Source: a virus
Lineage: Duplodnaviria; Caudoviricetes
DNA: 64,000 nt
IMG/VR virus record: IMGVR_UViG_3300049182_000044
Coordinates: 64,001-128,000 of that record
Reading direction: 5' to 3' (one strand)
Shown: piece by piece, positions 1 through 9,393 of the stretch
How positions within the stretch are numbered: position 1 is the first letter of the stretch
How the letters are laid out: each line of letters starts with the position of its first letter
The notes under the pieces: generated by a model
What the model was told of the DNA's origin: nothing
Databases searched by the model: none
The model's input: only the letters and a program-made list of their open reading frames with translations
Position numbers and translations under genes: made by a program

Positions 1-345
1 GCACTCATTAAGGCCAACCTTCAGGAGATGTCTACTCGCGGTCGTGCGAGTGAGATCATGATGGAGTGTGTGCGCGTAGTGAGTAAGCTCGGGCGTGCTG
101 TCAAGTCATTGCAGGAGCACTTCCTGATCACCTATCAAAGCGATCTCCGTTCGTTCCGCACAAAGGAAGAACGTTTGCAGATCGTCGGTATGGTGTTGAG
201 ACCGTTCGAGAAGTACATTAGTGACGCAGAGGCGTTGAAGGAAGTGGCTCAGTTGATCGTCACAGACATCGACAAGGACAACTTCACGATGGACAAGATT
301 CTGCGCGCCCTTGAAATGCACGTTGCAAAGGAGAGGAAGATATGA
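1..345 (+). CDS. Hypothetical protein, probably 5'-truncated by the window edge
   Basis: Frame is open from base 1 to TGA 345; ATGA overlap with next gene. Confidence 0.6.
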   Translation, partial: ALIKANLQEMSTRGRASEIMMECVRVVSKLGRAVKSLQEHFLITYQSDLRSFRTKEERLQIVGMVLRPFEKYISDAEALKEVAQLIVTDIDKDNFTMDKILRALEMHVAKERKI

Positions 346-1019
346 ACAATGAAGACAAGGCAGGCATACTCGGTAGTGCATACGGCACTGCACGGCACGG
401 TGATGTACCTGGCCCGAAAGGTGAGAGAACATCTTGTTGCGATGCAGGACACCTTAAAGGTCCTGGGGTACCTGTGCGTGAAGGAAGCATGAATCCTGAC
501 ACGCTGTCCATTCCTCCGTTGGCCGACCTGAACTTGGTGCGTTACACCGCCAACCCTCAGACGGACTTTGAGCGTTTGGTGAATACCGTTCTGGAAGCGG
601 GCTTCGCTCGCGGGGTGATTGGCCCGTACACCGAAGGCCAGACGATCCCGATGGCCTCCGTGCTGTTCCTCGTCAGGATCTTGACACACGTTCCCAAGCA
701 GCAGCGTGACCCTGCTATCCCGGTCGAGATTCCGAACTATCGCTTCGTGTTCAATGACTGGCGTCCTGATCGCTGCAGCCTGTACGGCCCGCACGGCCCG
801 ATCACCAGCGGCTTGACCATGCACCAGGCTCGTGACTTGCGCTGCCATTTCATGCAAGAAGCGGATCGTATGCGTAACAGCGCCTATTCACTGACCCGTT
901 ATTCGTGCTTCGAGCATGAGGACGGCGTGTACGAAAGGCGTGATGGCAGCTACGTCCTGTTCAAGGATGTTCTCGCCATGTTCGACTCCCCAACAGTTAC
1001 TGAAGAGAAATCGCAATGA
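342..1019 (+). CDS. Hypothetical protein
   Basis: 225-aa ORF with ATGA overlaps at both ends (translational coupling). Confidence 0.7.
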   Translation: MNNEDKAGILGSAYGTARHGDVPGPKGERTSCCDAGHLKGPGVPVREGSMNPDTLSIPPLADLNLVRYTANPQTDFERLVNTVLEAGFARGVIGPYTEGQTIPMASVLFLVRILTHVPKQQRDPAIPVEIPNYRFVFNDWRPDRCSLYGPHGPITSGLTMHQARDLRCHFMQEADRMRNSAYSLTRYSCFEHEDGVYERRDGSYVLFKDVLAMFDSPTVTEEKSQ

Positions 1020-1333
1020 AGCTCAACATTCCCCTGAACTCACCGATGCAGTCCAATTCTGGACATTCCGGCGAAGGTCAAATGTCCTATGCTCAATGGC
1101 AGGATAAGATGGAGAAGACTCAGTCGTTCGCCAAGTTCGAGCGAGTTGACTCCAACACGGTAGCTGCATACGACAAGGATGGGAACGTCCTCGACACGTA
1201 CACTAACCACGTTGCGAATCGTGGTGCGACGATGCAGCCGGTCGATACCCTGGACAGCAAACAAGCGAGCTTCCCGTCCGACAAGACGGAGAACGACATT
1301 GATGCTCCAACTGATCTCGAAGAGGGTGCATGA
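1016..1333 (+). CDS. Hypothetical protein
   Basis: Coupled ORF, ATGA overlaps. Confidence 0.65.
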   Translation: MKLNIPLNSPMQSNSGHSGEGQMSYAQWQDKMEKTQSFAKFERVDSNTVAAYDKDGNVLDTYTNHVANRGATMQPVDTLDSKQASFPSDKTENDIDAPTDLEEGA

Positions 1334-1758
1334 TGCTTACCCTGATTGCCTATAAGCCAGATGGTTCCTGCATAAGCATGGGACACGTAGTTGAGAACTA
1401 CAGCTCTGAGTTCGAGCTTCATCATTGCGAAACCGTCGAGAAGCTCGCCCAGCACTACGTGCGGATCGAAGCTCACAAGCCGGACGTTCAAGAGCCTCCG
1501 TACGAGATTCACGTTCTCGTTTCCGGCGTACCGCTCGAACGTCAAAGTGATACGATGCGTATCAGCATTAACCGAGCAATAGAGTCTGCCCGCGAAGTGT
1601 TTTTGGCAGAGCAGAAACGCAAGGATGAAGAGGCCACTGCTCAAGCTGAAGCAGCCGCGAAAGCGCTCGCCGAAACACAGCGTCAACGCGAACTCGATCA
1701 GTTCTTCGCACAGGGTAAGAAGCTCGGCTACAACGTTGTGCCCTCTCAGGACTGCTGA
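1330..1758 (+). CDS. Hypothetical protein
   Basis: Coupled ORF with GAGGG RBS. Confidence 0.65.
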   Translation: MMLTLIAYKPDGSCISMGHVVENYSSEFELHHCETVEKLAQHYVRIEAHKPDVQEPPYEIHVLVSGVPLERQSDTMRISINRAIESAREVFLAEQKRKDEEATAQAEAAAKALAETQRQRELDQFFAQGKKLGYNVVPSQDC

Positions 1759-1759
1759 C

Positions 1760-1990
1760 ATGTCCCATTACCTATACGATGTGAAGCTCGGTAAAGAGAA
1801 GTTGCCCCGTGTGCAAAGCTCTTCACCGATTCAGGTAGGACACCGTCTGAAGATTAACTTCCGGGGTAAAAGGCTTCACACGTATGAGGTCATTTCTATT
1901 GAACATATCTTTGAACGTGAACCCGCACTGAACAGCGAGCATGTGTTCAATCGACCCTGCGGCGTCGTCCTGAAAGTTAAGGAAGTCTAA
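1760..1990 (+). CDS. Hypothetical protein (MSHYLYDV...)
   Basis: ATG 1 nt after the previous stop; the longer ORF-track start overlaps the upstream gene. Confidence 0.55.
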   Translation: MSHYLYDVKLGKEKLPRVQSSSPIQVGHRLKINFRGKRLHTYEVISIEHIFEREPALNSEHVFNRPCGVVLKVKEV

Positions 1991-1991
1991 C

Positions 1992-2516
1992 ATGGCACAA
2001 TTTCTCGGTAATTGCGAGTTCAGGAAAATCGACCTTTCGGAACGCCTCGCAATACCTCCTTTCCCAAACAAGTTTCCCACGCATCATCGCCTGTCGAAGG
2101 CCGTGCGTCGCATTAAGCTCGGTGCGCGCAAGAACCCGAGTGCAATCTACCGCACCACGTTCATGGTATTTGTCGCCGACGATAAGTTTGGAATATGTAA
2201 ATTGACGATTGTGCATGGCCGTCATGCGCGTCGCAATTCTCGTAACGGCAAGATGCACCTGGACTTCCATACCGACTATCCAAAACATCAAGTGATCGTG
2301 TTCGCCATGACTGACACTGGTTCGTACAGCACGGAAAAGCTGAATGAACTGTTCGACGAAACACATGCTCATCTGTGCCAAGGTCTCGACAACATCTCGT
2401 TTGGCTGGGTGCCGCCCTCTGGAACGAATCGAGGCAATGTACGCCAGACGTTCAACGTGTTTCCCCAGGAGCCGGGCATGACACCGATCAATACCGTAGA
2501 AGAAAGCAAAACATGA
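1992..2516 (+). CDS. Hypothetical protein
   Basis: 174-aa ORF, ATGA overlap with ugd. Confidence 0.65.
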   Translation: MAQFLGNCEFRKIDLSERLAIPPFPNKFPTHHRLSKAVRRIKLGARKNPSAIYRTTFMVFVADDKFGICKLTIVHGRHARRNSRNGKMHLDFHTDYPKHQVIVFAMTDTGSYSTEKLNELFDETHAHLCQGLDNISFGWVPPSGTNRGNVRQTFNVFPQEPGMTPINTVEESKT

Positions 2517-3904
2517 ATGTAACAGTTATTGGGACAGGCTATGTCGGACTTGTGACCGGCACCTGTCTGGCTGAATTGGGGAACAATGTCGTATGTCTCG
2601 ACGTTGACGCAGACAAGATCGCCATGCTCAAGAACGGTGAATGCCCGATCTACGAGCCGGGTCTGAAAGAAATGATCCAGCGTAACGTCGCGGCTCGCCG
2701 TTTGCAGTTCACTACAGATGTGGCCTTCTCCGTAGATCATGGACTGTTCCAGTTCATTGCAGTAGGTACGCCTCCTGCCACTGACGGTTCGGCTGATTTG
2801 CAGTACGTCTATGCAGCGGCTCGTAACATCGCCGTTCATGCGCGTGGCATGAAGATCATCGTCAATAAGTCTACGGTGCCTGTCGGCACGGGTGACGAGG
2901 TCGAGCGAATCATTATAAGTGCTCAACGCGAAGAGCGTATGGGTACTAACTGGATCGTCGTTTCCAATCCAGAGTTCCTGAAAGAGGGAGCTGCGATTGA
3001 AGACTTCATGCGGCCTGATCGTATCGTGATCGGCATGAATCAGATGGCGGATGCCTACATCAACACCGCAACTCGTGAGGCGTTGACTCGTCTCTATGCT
3101 CCGTTGAATCGCAACCACCAACGTACCATCTGGATGGGTCGTCGTGCAGCAGAACTCACCAAGTATGCTGCGAACGCTATGCTTGCGACACGCATTTCGT
3201 TTATGAACGAACTGGCTTGCCTTGCGGAGAAAGTGCATGTTGATATTGACGATGTACGGCGTGGCATCGGCAGTGACACTCGCATCGGTTACGACTTCCT
3301 GTATGCGGGTCTCGGCTACGGTGGCTCGTGCTTTCCCAAGGACGTTCGTGCCCTGAGCGAAACCGGAATGCAGAACGACTGCCAGATGCACATCCTCGAT
3401 TCCGTCCACTACGTCAATCAGAACCAGCGCATCAACATGCTGAAGAAGATCGACGAGCGCTTTAATCACGACCTTGGCGGCAAGACGATTGCAGTATGGG
3501 GCTTGTCATTCAAGCCAAATACCGACGATATGCGCGAGGCACCTTCGCTCGACATTATCAAGCGTCTGATCCATACCGGAGTTACCGTCAACATCTATGA
3601 CCCGGTTGCTCAACACGTTGCGTACAAAGAGCTTGAAGCGCTTTGTGAAGAAGGTGGTATGGACATCGGCATGGTGAACCGCTGTGTCAGCATGCTCGAC
3701 GCCGTTGCGGGTGCAGACGCCCTTCTCATTTGCACTGAATGGAAGGAGTTTAAGACACCTTCTTTCCACGAAATGGCTCGTCTGATGAAACACAAGATCA
3801 TTTTCGACGGTCGCAATCTCTACAATCTCGAACAGATGGAAGAGCATGGATTCGAGTACTACGGTGTAGGTCGTTCAGCTGGAGCTTATCGTGCTAAGAA
3901 CTGA
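2513..3904 (+). CDS. ugd: UDP-glucose 6-dehydrogenase
   Basis: VIGTGYVG Rossmann motif, FIAVGTP, NKSTVPVG, SNPEFLKEG, catalytic GYGGSCFPKD, FKPNTDDMRE, DGRN; true start MNVTVIG at the ATGA overlap. Confidence 0.97.
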   Translation: MNVTVIGTGYVGLVTGTCLAELGNNVVCLDVDADKIAMLKNGECPIYEPGLKEMIQRNVAARRLQFTTDVAFSVDHGLFQFIAVGTPPATDGSADLQYVYAAARNIAVHARGMKIIVNKSTVPVGTGDEVERIIISAQREERMGTNWIVVSNPEFLKEGAAIEDFMRPDRIVIGMNQMADAYINTATREALTRLYAPLNRNHQRTIWMGRRAAELTKYAANAMLATRISFMNELACLAEKVHVDIDDVRRGIGSDTRIGYDFLYAGLGYGGSCFPKDVRALSETGMQNDCQMHILDSVHYVNQNQRINMLKKIDERFNHDLGGKTIAVWGLSFKPNTDDMREAPSLDIIKRLIHTGVTVNIYDPVAQHVAYKELEALCEEGGMDIGMVNRCVSMLDAVAGADALLICTEWKEFKTPSFHEMARLMKHKIIFDGRNLYNLEQMEEHGFEYYGVGRSAGAYRAKN

Positions 3905-4097
3905 TCCGAGCGAAGAGCATAGCAATCCTCATCTTGCAGCACGCGCAAAAGCTATCCGTGAGCAACTGGAAGGAATGGTCAAACCGTGCTGTGAGACACC
4001 GTTGCCCAGCGTATGCGACAGACTGGCTTCTGGCGACGCGAAGATCGTTCCCGGCCCTTTCGGCGGTATGAGCATTGTGCCTAACGACGAGAGGTGA
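3891..4097 (+). CDS. Small hypothetical protein
   Basis: Overlaps ugd stop, GGAG upstream. Confidence 0.5.
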   Translation: MLRTDPSEEHSNPHLAARAKAIREQLEGMVKPCCETPLPSVCDRLASGDAKIVPGPFGGMSIVPNDER

Positions 4098-4100
4098 CCT

Positions 4101-4421
4101 ATGAACAAGATAACGCATAAGGCTTTGCAATTCGGCAACTGCGACATTACGACCATAGTTCAGGAGAAGGAAACTCCTCTGTGCTATGTTCGTGCACCGT
4201 TGCGAGTAGTGCACGGTGACCCTAAGGCTTTGACTTCCGAGTTTCGAGGCCTCGAAGCTGGTGAAGCTGCGATCCTCGTAAAGGTGTGGCTGAATTTTCA
4301 TGGCTGGTGGTGCCGTGTGCGACGTACTAATGGACAGTTCGTCGATGTACGCGACACTGATTTGAACTGGATTCCAAAAGAAGAGTACGAAAATGAACAG
4401 AAGAAAACTAGCGGCGTATAG
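4101..4421 (+). CDS. Hypothetical protein
   Basis: GAGG RBS, collinear with neighbours. Confidence 0.6.
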   Translation: MNKITHKALQFGNCDITTIVQEKETPLCYVRAPLRVVHGDPKALTSEFRGLEAGEAAILVKVWLNFHGWWCRVRRTNGQFVDVRDTDLNWIPKEEYENEQKKTSGV

Positions 4422-4692
4422 CATGCTTGTACTTATTGCGCTTGTTATGGCGTCGTGTGTTGCCTCATTCGCCTATGCGAAAGGCGGTGGTGCGCGAGGT
4501 GGAAGTTTCCGTGGGAGCTTCCGCAATTCTCCGAAACCTCCTGCAGCCCCATCGAACGCTCGTCAAGCCTCAGACTCTAGCTCTACTACGTCCTCAAGTA
4601 ACAGCTCGTGGTGGCCAAACTTTTTCTTTTTCGGTAACAGCCGGCGTACCGAGTGTACCGAGGACATTAAACGTGAAGGAGGTTGTCGATGA
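4393..4692 (+). CDS. Small secreted or membrane protein with Gly/Arg-rich and Ser-rich segments
   Basis: N-terminal basic plus hydrophobic signal (MNRRKLAAYSMLVLIALVMASCVASFAYA) followed by KGGGARGGSFRGSFR. Confidence 0.6.
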   Translation: MNRRKLAAYSMLVLIALVMASCVASFAYAKGGGARGGSFRGSFRNSPKPPAAPSNARQASDSSSTTSSSNSSWWPNFFFFGNSRRTECTEDIKREGGCR

Positions 4693-4841
4693 AACGGAAC
4701 AAGGGTTTTACGCTGGTCGAGTTGATGATTGTGATCGCAATTATCTTCATTCTCGCGACAGCTGTTAAGAACATGTTCTTTGCAGAGGGCGGATCAGTGC
4801 AGGACCTCCTGCGCGGTGAAACGTGTATCAATTGCAATTGA
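4689..4841 (+). CDS. 50-aa prepilin-like peptide (type IV pilin N-terminal cleavage/methylation motif)
   Basis: Absent from the ORF track. Translated by hand: MKRNKG|FTLVELMIVIAIIFILATAVKNMFFAEGGSVQDLLRGETCINCN*. ATGA overlap and GAAGGAGG upstream. Confidence 0.85.
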   Translation: MKRNKGFTLVELMIVIAIIFILATAVKNMFFAEGGSVQDLLRGETCINCN

Positions 4842-4894
4842 TAATTCAGAAGGGTCATGTGCTTTCGAGTGCATGACCCTTTTGTCGTCTAATA

Positions 4895-4901
4895 CTGTAA
4901 A
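4895..4901 (+). promoter_or_regulatory. CTGTAAA motif, candidate phage promoter element (representative copy)
   Basis: Same heptamer at or near gene junctions at 11307, 14597, 15711, 24387, 25879, 27513, 28002, 32751, 37662, 40259, 47613. Confidence 0.55.
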
Positions 4902-4926
4902 AAGACGGATATAGATTGAGGTCATC

Positions 4927-6585
4927 ATGTCCAAAAGCAACACCGTAATCATCCGGGATCGAGTGTATATTCCCCTCAGACTGGTCAATCCGTCCGAAGT
5001 AAAGGAGAACTACACAAAGCTCATGTACGACGATAAAGCGTGCATGAAATGCCCTAATTTTCAGGACCGCCACAGCTATCTGTGCGATACATGCGAGGCC
5101 TACAAAGGTAAGGTCAAGCTGTATAACGTCAAGGAAAAGAACGGCATCAACTACATCGGCATACCAGTCGGCGACAAGAAGAATTTCGAGCGTAAGACCG
5201 GCCTGCTCAAGGAAGAGGTCAAGTTCAAAGACCTTCGCAGACGCCAGCCGTTCACCGTTAAGTTCAAGATGATTATCGACCCACGGGATTATCAACAGCC
5301 CGTGATTGACGACTTCCTGAAAAAGAAGTACGGCCTTATCAAAGCGCCTCCGCGCACTGGTAAGACCTTCATGATGCTCTACATTGCCTACAAGTTGGGT
5401 CATCGCGCAGTGCTTTTGGCTAACCAGCACGAGTTCCTTACTCAGTTCTTGGATCACATCCATGGTAACGAGAAGGAAGGCATTCCGAAGTGTACCAATC
5501 TCCCCGAAGTCGAAAAGAAGCTGAAGAGGAAGCTGTACGGATTCCCTAAGACTGACGAAGACTTCAAGAACTTTCAGTTCTTCGTGATGACGTATCAGCA
5601 GTTCATTAGTGAGAAGAACGGCAAGAACCGTTTCAAGAAGATCGCTAAGAACGTGGGTACGTTGATGATCGACGAAGTGCACAAAGCCAACTCAGATGAG
5701 TTTGCAAAGGTCATTGCTAAGTTCCCAACGCTGTATAAGTTTGGTGTTACGGGTACCGTTGAGCGTAAGGACAAGCGCCACTTCATCATCAAGAACTTGA
5801 TCGGCCCGGTCGTTGCACAGACTGATCGTGAGGCGTTGACACCCACTGTCATACTGCACAAGACAGAGTTTAGCACGACACGTAAGTACACGGGCAAGCG
5901 TGCTTGGGTGTTTGCGATGCAGGCACTCGCTAAGGACAAGAAGCGCAATCGAATGATCGTTGACTGGGTGATGAAGGACTTGGCTAATGGCCACAACATC
6001 GTCATTCCGGTAACGTTCAAGAAACATGCGCTTGATCTTCAAGCTGCGATCAACAAAGAGTGGCAAGAACGTAAGAACACTAACAAGAAGATTTGCGCGG
6101 TGTTCACAGGTGGTGGCGGCAAGAAGAACAAGGAAGCGCGTAAGGACATTCTCTCCGAAGTCAAGGCCAACAAGATTCGAGTGACAGTGGGTATTCGTTC
6201 GATGCTGCAATTGGGCTTGAACGTGCCTGCATGGTCTGCGATCTATACTGCTATGCCGATCTCGAACGAGCCGAATTATAGGCAAGAGACGAAGCGTATT
6301 TGCACACCGATGGAGAACAAGCGTGAGCCAATCGTGCGCCTGTTCGTTGATATGGATCTCGGCCAGTCCATCGGCTGTGCGCGTAACTGCATCCGTCACA
6401 TGCAGGGTTTCGGTTACAGCTTCAAAAAGAATGAGAAGCAGTCGGCCTTGATGTACGAAGTCCTGGGCAATCAGCACCGTGACGAAGGTGAATACGGTGC
6501 CAATCCAGATGATGCTATGTTCAAGCCAACTAAATCGTTGTTTGATAAAGAGCAGCCGAAGCGCATTCCAGTAAAACGACTATGA
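4927..6585 (+). CDS. Superfamily 2 DNA/RNA helicase (UvsW/XPB-like)
   Basis: Q motif PRDYQ, Walker A APPRTGKT, DEVH motif II, GVTGT motif III, C-terminal helicase domain. Confidence 0.85.
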   Translation: MSKSNTVIIRDRVYIPLRLVNPSEVKENYTKLMYDDKACMKCPNFQDRHSYLCDTCEAYKGKVKLYNVKEKNGINYIGIPVGDKKNFERKTGLLKEEVKFKDLRRRQPFTVKFKMIIDPRDYQQPVIDDFLKKKYGLIKAPPRTGKTFMMLYIAYKLGHRAVLLANQHEFLTQFLDHIHGNEKEGIPKCTNLPEVEKKLKRKLYGFPKTDEDFKNFQFFVMTYQQFISEKNGKNRFKKIAKNVGTLMIDEVHKANSDEFAKVIAKFPTLYKFGVTGTVERKDKRHFIIKNLIGPVVAQTDREALTPTVILHKTEFSTTRKYTGKRAWVFAMQALAKDKKRNRMIVDWVMKDLANGHNIVIPVTFKKHALDLQAAINKEWQERKNTNKKICAVFTGGGGKKNKEARKDILSEVKANKIRVTVGIRSMLQLGLNVPAWSAIYTAMPISNEPNYRQETKRICTPMENKREPIVRLFVDMDLGQSIGCARNCIRHMQGFGYSFKKNEKQSALMYEVLGNQHRDEGEYGANPDDAMFKPTKSLFDKEQPKRIPVKRL

Positions 6586-6601
6586 GTACAGGGAGTAGGA
6601 A

Positions 6602-6988
6602 GTGAGCAATATTGACAAAGTAGACGAAGACGCAATGCCAGACATGTTCCCGCAAGATGGTTTTACCTTGCTGGGTATGAGCCTCGATCACCGTTGCATC
6701 ATGAGCGCGTCGTTGATCCGCAATCGCAAAGAAGGAACGTTGCTCGACGTTAACTACGCGATCACGAAAGACAACGTGGACATGCTGACCGCTGACCTCG
6801 ACAACTTCACTACTGACGAGGCTTACCTCACGCTGTACGATGACGACGAACGCCCTCGAAGCGTTATCACTCTGACGGATCTTCAACTTGATCACCTGGA
6901 ACTCGTCACCGACGAGGACAGCGATGAAGAGCCGATGTATGCGATCCTCTCCTATCGTGTCGGATCGATTTCTCAACAAAAGAAATAA
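6602..6988 (+). CDS. Acidic hypothetical protein
   Basis: GTG start after GGAGTAGGA. Confidence 0.65.
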   Translation: MSNIDKVDEDAMPDMFPQDGFTLLGMSLDHRCIMSASLIRNRKEGTLLDVNYAITKDNVDMLTADLDNFTTDEAYLTLYDDDERPRSVITLTDLQLDHLELVTDEDSDEEPMYAILSYRVGSISQQKK

Positions 6989-6989
6989 C

Positions 6990-7160
6990 ATGGACGCAGA
7001 AGACTTCAGCTATCACAGCCTCGCACTTCCGACAGAGGACTCGAACGAGACTCACTGTGAGAAATGTGACCAGACATTCAATCTGGTGCATACCCCTCTT
7101 AGTGAGATCAAGAATCTCTACTGCGTTCCGAGGCGGCTCGGATCGAAGCCCTCGAGATAA
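6990..7160 (+). CDS. Small hypothetical protein with CxxC
   Basis: ATG 1 nt after previous stop; HCEKC motif. Confidence 0.45.
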   Translation: MDAEDFSYHSLALPTEDSNETHCEKCDQTFNLVHTPLSEIKNLYCVPRRLGSKPSR

Positions 7161-7193
7161 TGTAAAGATCATGCATACAAGAACACAATAGGG

Positions 7194-7826
7194 TTGAACA
7201 TGAGTGACGAGGGCGAAATCCTAATCAAGGGCTTCTCCAAGGAACGTGCAAAGTTGATGTTGGCGCGTGGCGTTCCAGGACAAGACATGATTCCAAAGAA
7301 GGCAAAGATCGACGTTACAGAAGCGTTGGTCAAGATGGACCCAAACATCCCAAGAGTCTTGCCGAAAGGTATTTCGACAGGCAAGCAACTTCGTGCATTG
7401 ACGCACATTCTGGAAAATCCACTACGCGGTTCATACACCGTGGGTATCGGCAGCTTCCCAAGTGATCTCCGTGCGAAGTACATGGCACAGACAATCATGG
7501 ACGCAGCAATAGACGCCTACAACACGCATCGACGCCCTGGACGTTCATTGCCTTTATGGCATCGAGTGTACGGTGGACTCACTGATAACTTGCGAGACAA
7601 GCCGATTCAGGAGATGCCCTGTATGCTTATCCTGAGCAATGTCAACGAGGGTTCCTCCAATTTCAAGCTCGAAAAGGTGCGTGATCTCCTTGAGAAATTT
7701 TCGGAGATTCCTCGAATCGTTATCACGGGTGGTGAACCTCCTTGTGATTTGTTCGCAAACAAGCTGTACTATCCAATGCGCTACGGTATCTATTTAGGGC
7801 CGTCGAACGCAATTCGGGAGGTATGA
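7194..7826 (+). CDS. Hypothetical protein, possibly a degenerate P-loop (DnaC/IstB-like) fold
   Basis: beta-loop-helix VGIGSFPSDLRAKYMAQ and hhhhSN strand pattern, but no canonical GKT; fold call is weak. Confidence 0.5.
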   Translation: MNMSDEGEILIKGFSKERAKLMLARGVPGQDMIPKKAKIDVTEALVKMDPNIPRVLPKGISTGKQLRALTHILENPLRGSYTVGIGSFPSDLRAKYMAQTIMDAAIDAYNTHRRPGRSLPLWHRVYGGLTDNLRDKPIQEMPCMLILSNVNEGSSNFKLEKVRDLLEKFSEIPRIVITGGEPPCDLFANKLYYPMRYGIYLGPSNAIREV

Positions 7827-8185
7827 TGAAGCTCATTCATGCGGCAAAGAATCTCGTCGAGCCAAAGTTCTTGGAAATTGAAGGCTACCAGCCAGGATGG
7901 TTTGGCAAGCTGTTAAAATTCCCGAAGCGCCGACACATAGTAGTGCCAAATCCTGTGTATGAGCTTTCACAGCGTGAGCGGTACGTGACTGCCACTATCG
8001 ACTTTGAGCTTTCTCCTGCAGCTATCGGACAAGTGCACTATCAGCCGGTTGCTTTCGGCTCCCACTTGTATGAAGGTGTCATGCCTGTCTCGCACGTATG
8101 CGATAATATCTGGGAATGTTCAGTCAATAAGGTGACGCATATTCAGCTCGCCCCTAAGTACAAACCAATCCCGGAGATGCGATGA
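7823..8185 (+). CDS. Hypothetical protein
   Basis: Coupled ORF, GGAGG RBS. Confidence 0.65.
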   Translation: MMKLIHAAKNLVEPKFLEIEGYQPGWFGKLLKFPKRRHIVVPNPVYELSQRERYVTATIDFELSPAAIGQVHYQPVAFGSHLYEGVMPVSHVCDNIWECSVNKVTHIQLAPKYKPIPEMR

Positions 8186-8469
8186 TTCGTTACATTCGAC
8201 GCCTTATCAAACGGCACAAGCGTTGGAAGGCCAGACGGCACGAACAGGCTAAGGCAGAGCAGCACCGCAAAGGGTATGACTATGCTGCTGGAGCACTGTT
8301 ACGTGGTGATCGGACTCCTATTCAACTGCAATACGAGTATGATACGAGCACTACGTTCAATGAGTCTGAAACGGCAAAAGCCTTCGACAACGGGATGCTG
8401 CAAGCTGTAGACAAGCTCTGCGCATTGGGCTTCGTAGAAGATGACCGCGTTCCTTACTTCTTAGGGTGA
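8182..8469 (+). CDS. Hypothetical protein
   Basis: Coupled ORF. Confidence 0.6.
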   Translation: MIRYIRRLIKRHKRWKARRHEQAKAEQHRKGYDYAAGALLRGDRTPIQLQYEYDTSTTFNESETAKAFDNGMLQAVDKLCALGFVEDDRVPYFLG

Positions 8470-8472
8470 CAG

Positions 8473-8745
8473 ATGAAGAACACACTCAAATTTTGGCTCG
8501 GATGCACACTCGAGGCATGGTGGTGGCTGTTTCAATGTTTCGTGTTCACACTCGCTCTACTACTGTACTTCGTTGTGGCGCGTTCGTTCCACGTAAAGTT
8601 GATAAGCAACGGCATCGGTTGGCCCCTATACGCGGCTCCAATGCTGTGTTTGAATGTCGTACTACTTTACTTGCTGGTTCCCTGGGATATGCTGTTCCCC
8701 GTAGAGCTATCTGAAGAAGATCAAGCCAAATTCGATAGGCTATAA
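8473..8745 (+). CDS. Small membrane protein (about 2 TM)
   Basis: Two long hydrophobic stretches. Confidence 0.6.
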   Translation: MKNTLKFWLGCTLEAWWWLFQCFVFTLALLLYFVVARSFHVKLISNGIGWPLYAAPMLCLNVVLLYLLVPWDMLFPVELSEEDQAKFDRL

Positions 8746-8747
8746 CC

Positions 8748-9104
8748 ATGACTACAATGCATCGGAGAAAAGAAATGCACCAGCACGAACATGCAAAGAA
8801 GCAAGCACATCCCATCAGGCCTGTTGGCCTGATTCGTCGCCTTCGCCTCGGTGACACGCCTCAAACGGTCGAACAGATTGAGGCCGAAGCGATGGACAAC
8901 GAATGCCCGTCGATGCCGCACTATCACAAGAACGAAGACGGTGTGATCGTACAGTGCTATCACAAGTGCGCTAAGGGCGTTCGCACTACGCTCGGCAGTC
9001 CAGCATTCTGGATCGGCGTCACGCTCACATATCCGATTGAACATCTGTTATGGGAGAAAGTGTGGGGCTTCCGGCACATCGCCGAGTGGTTGGGCATGCA
9101 TTGA
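8748..9104 (+). CDS. Hypothetical His/Cys-rich protein
   Basis: CPSMPHYH...CYHKC; collinear. Confidence 0.6.
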   Translation: MTTMHRRKEMHQHEHAKKQAHPIRPVGLIRRLRLGDTPQTVEQIEAEAMDNECPSMPHYHKNEDGVIVQCYHKCAKGVRTTLGSPAFWIGVTLTYPIEHLLWEKVWGFRHIAEWLGMH

Positions 9105-9105
9105 T

Positions 9106-9393
9106 ATGGCACTCAAACGTTATGAAGAGAAGGGCAACAAGTTCATCGTTCGTTACTCCGCCACGAAGGCCGGTATCATCGAACTCACTGGATGGCTTGA
9201 CCCTAAAGTGACTCCGCCTACACGCAACGGCTGGTACAACACCAAGACGCCCGAGGGACTCGAACACGGCGATCGACATTATTGGGAAGACGGCGAGTTT
9301 TGGGAGTTCGGTCAAGTGGCTGGAGGTATTTTGAAAGTGCGTCGCTCTGTTGCAGTAAACGCTTATCAAGGATTGCAAGAAAAATGTCAGTAA
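9106..9393 (+). CDS. Hypothetical protein
   Basis: ATG 1 nt after previous stop. Confidence 0.55.
   Translation: MALKRYEEKGNKFIVRYSATKAGIIELTGWLDPKVTPPTRNGWYNTKTPEGLEHGDRHYWEDGEFWEFGQVAGGILKVRRSVAVNAYQGLQEKCQ

Noticed and set aside
7194-7826. Assignment as helicase loader (DnaC/IstB)
   Set aside because: Walker A lysine and Walker B aspartate are missing; kept as hypothetical
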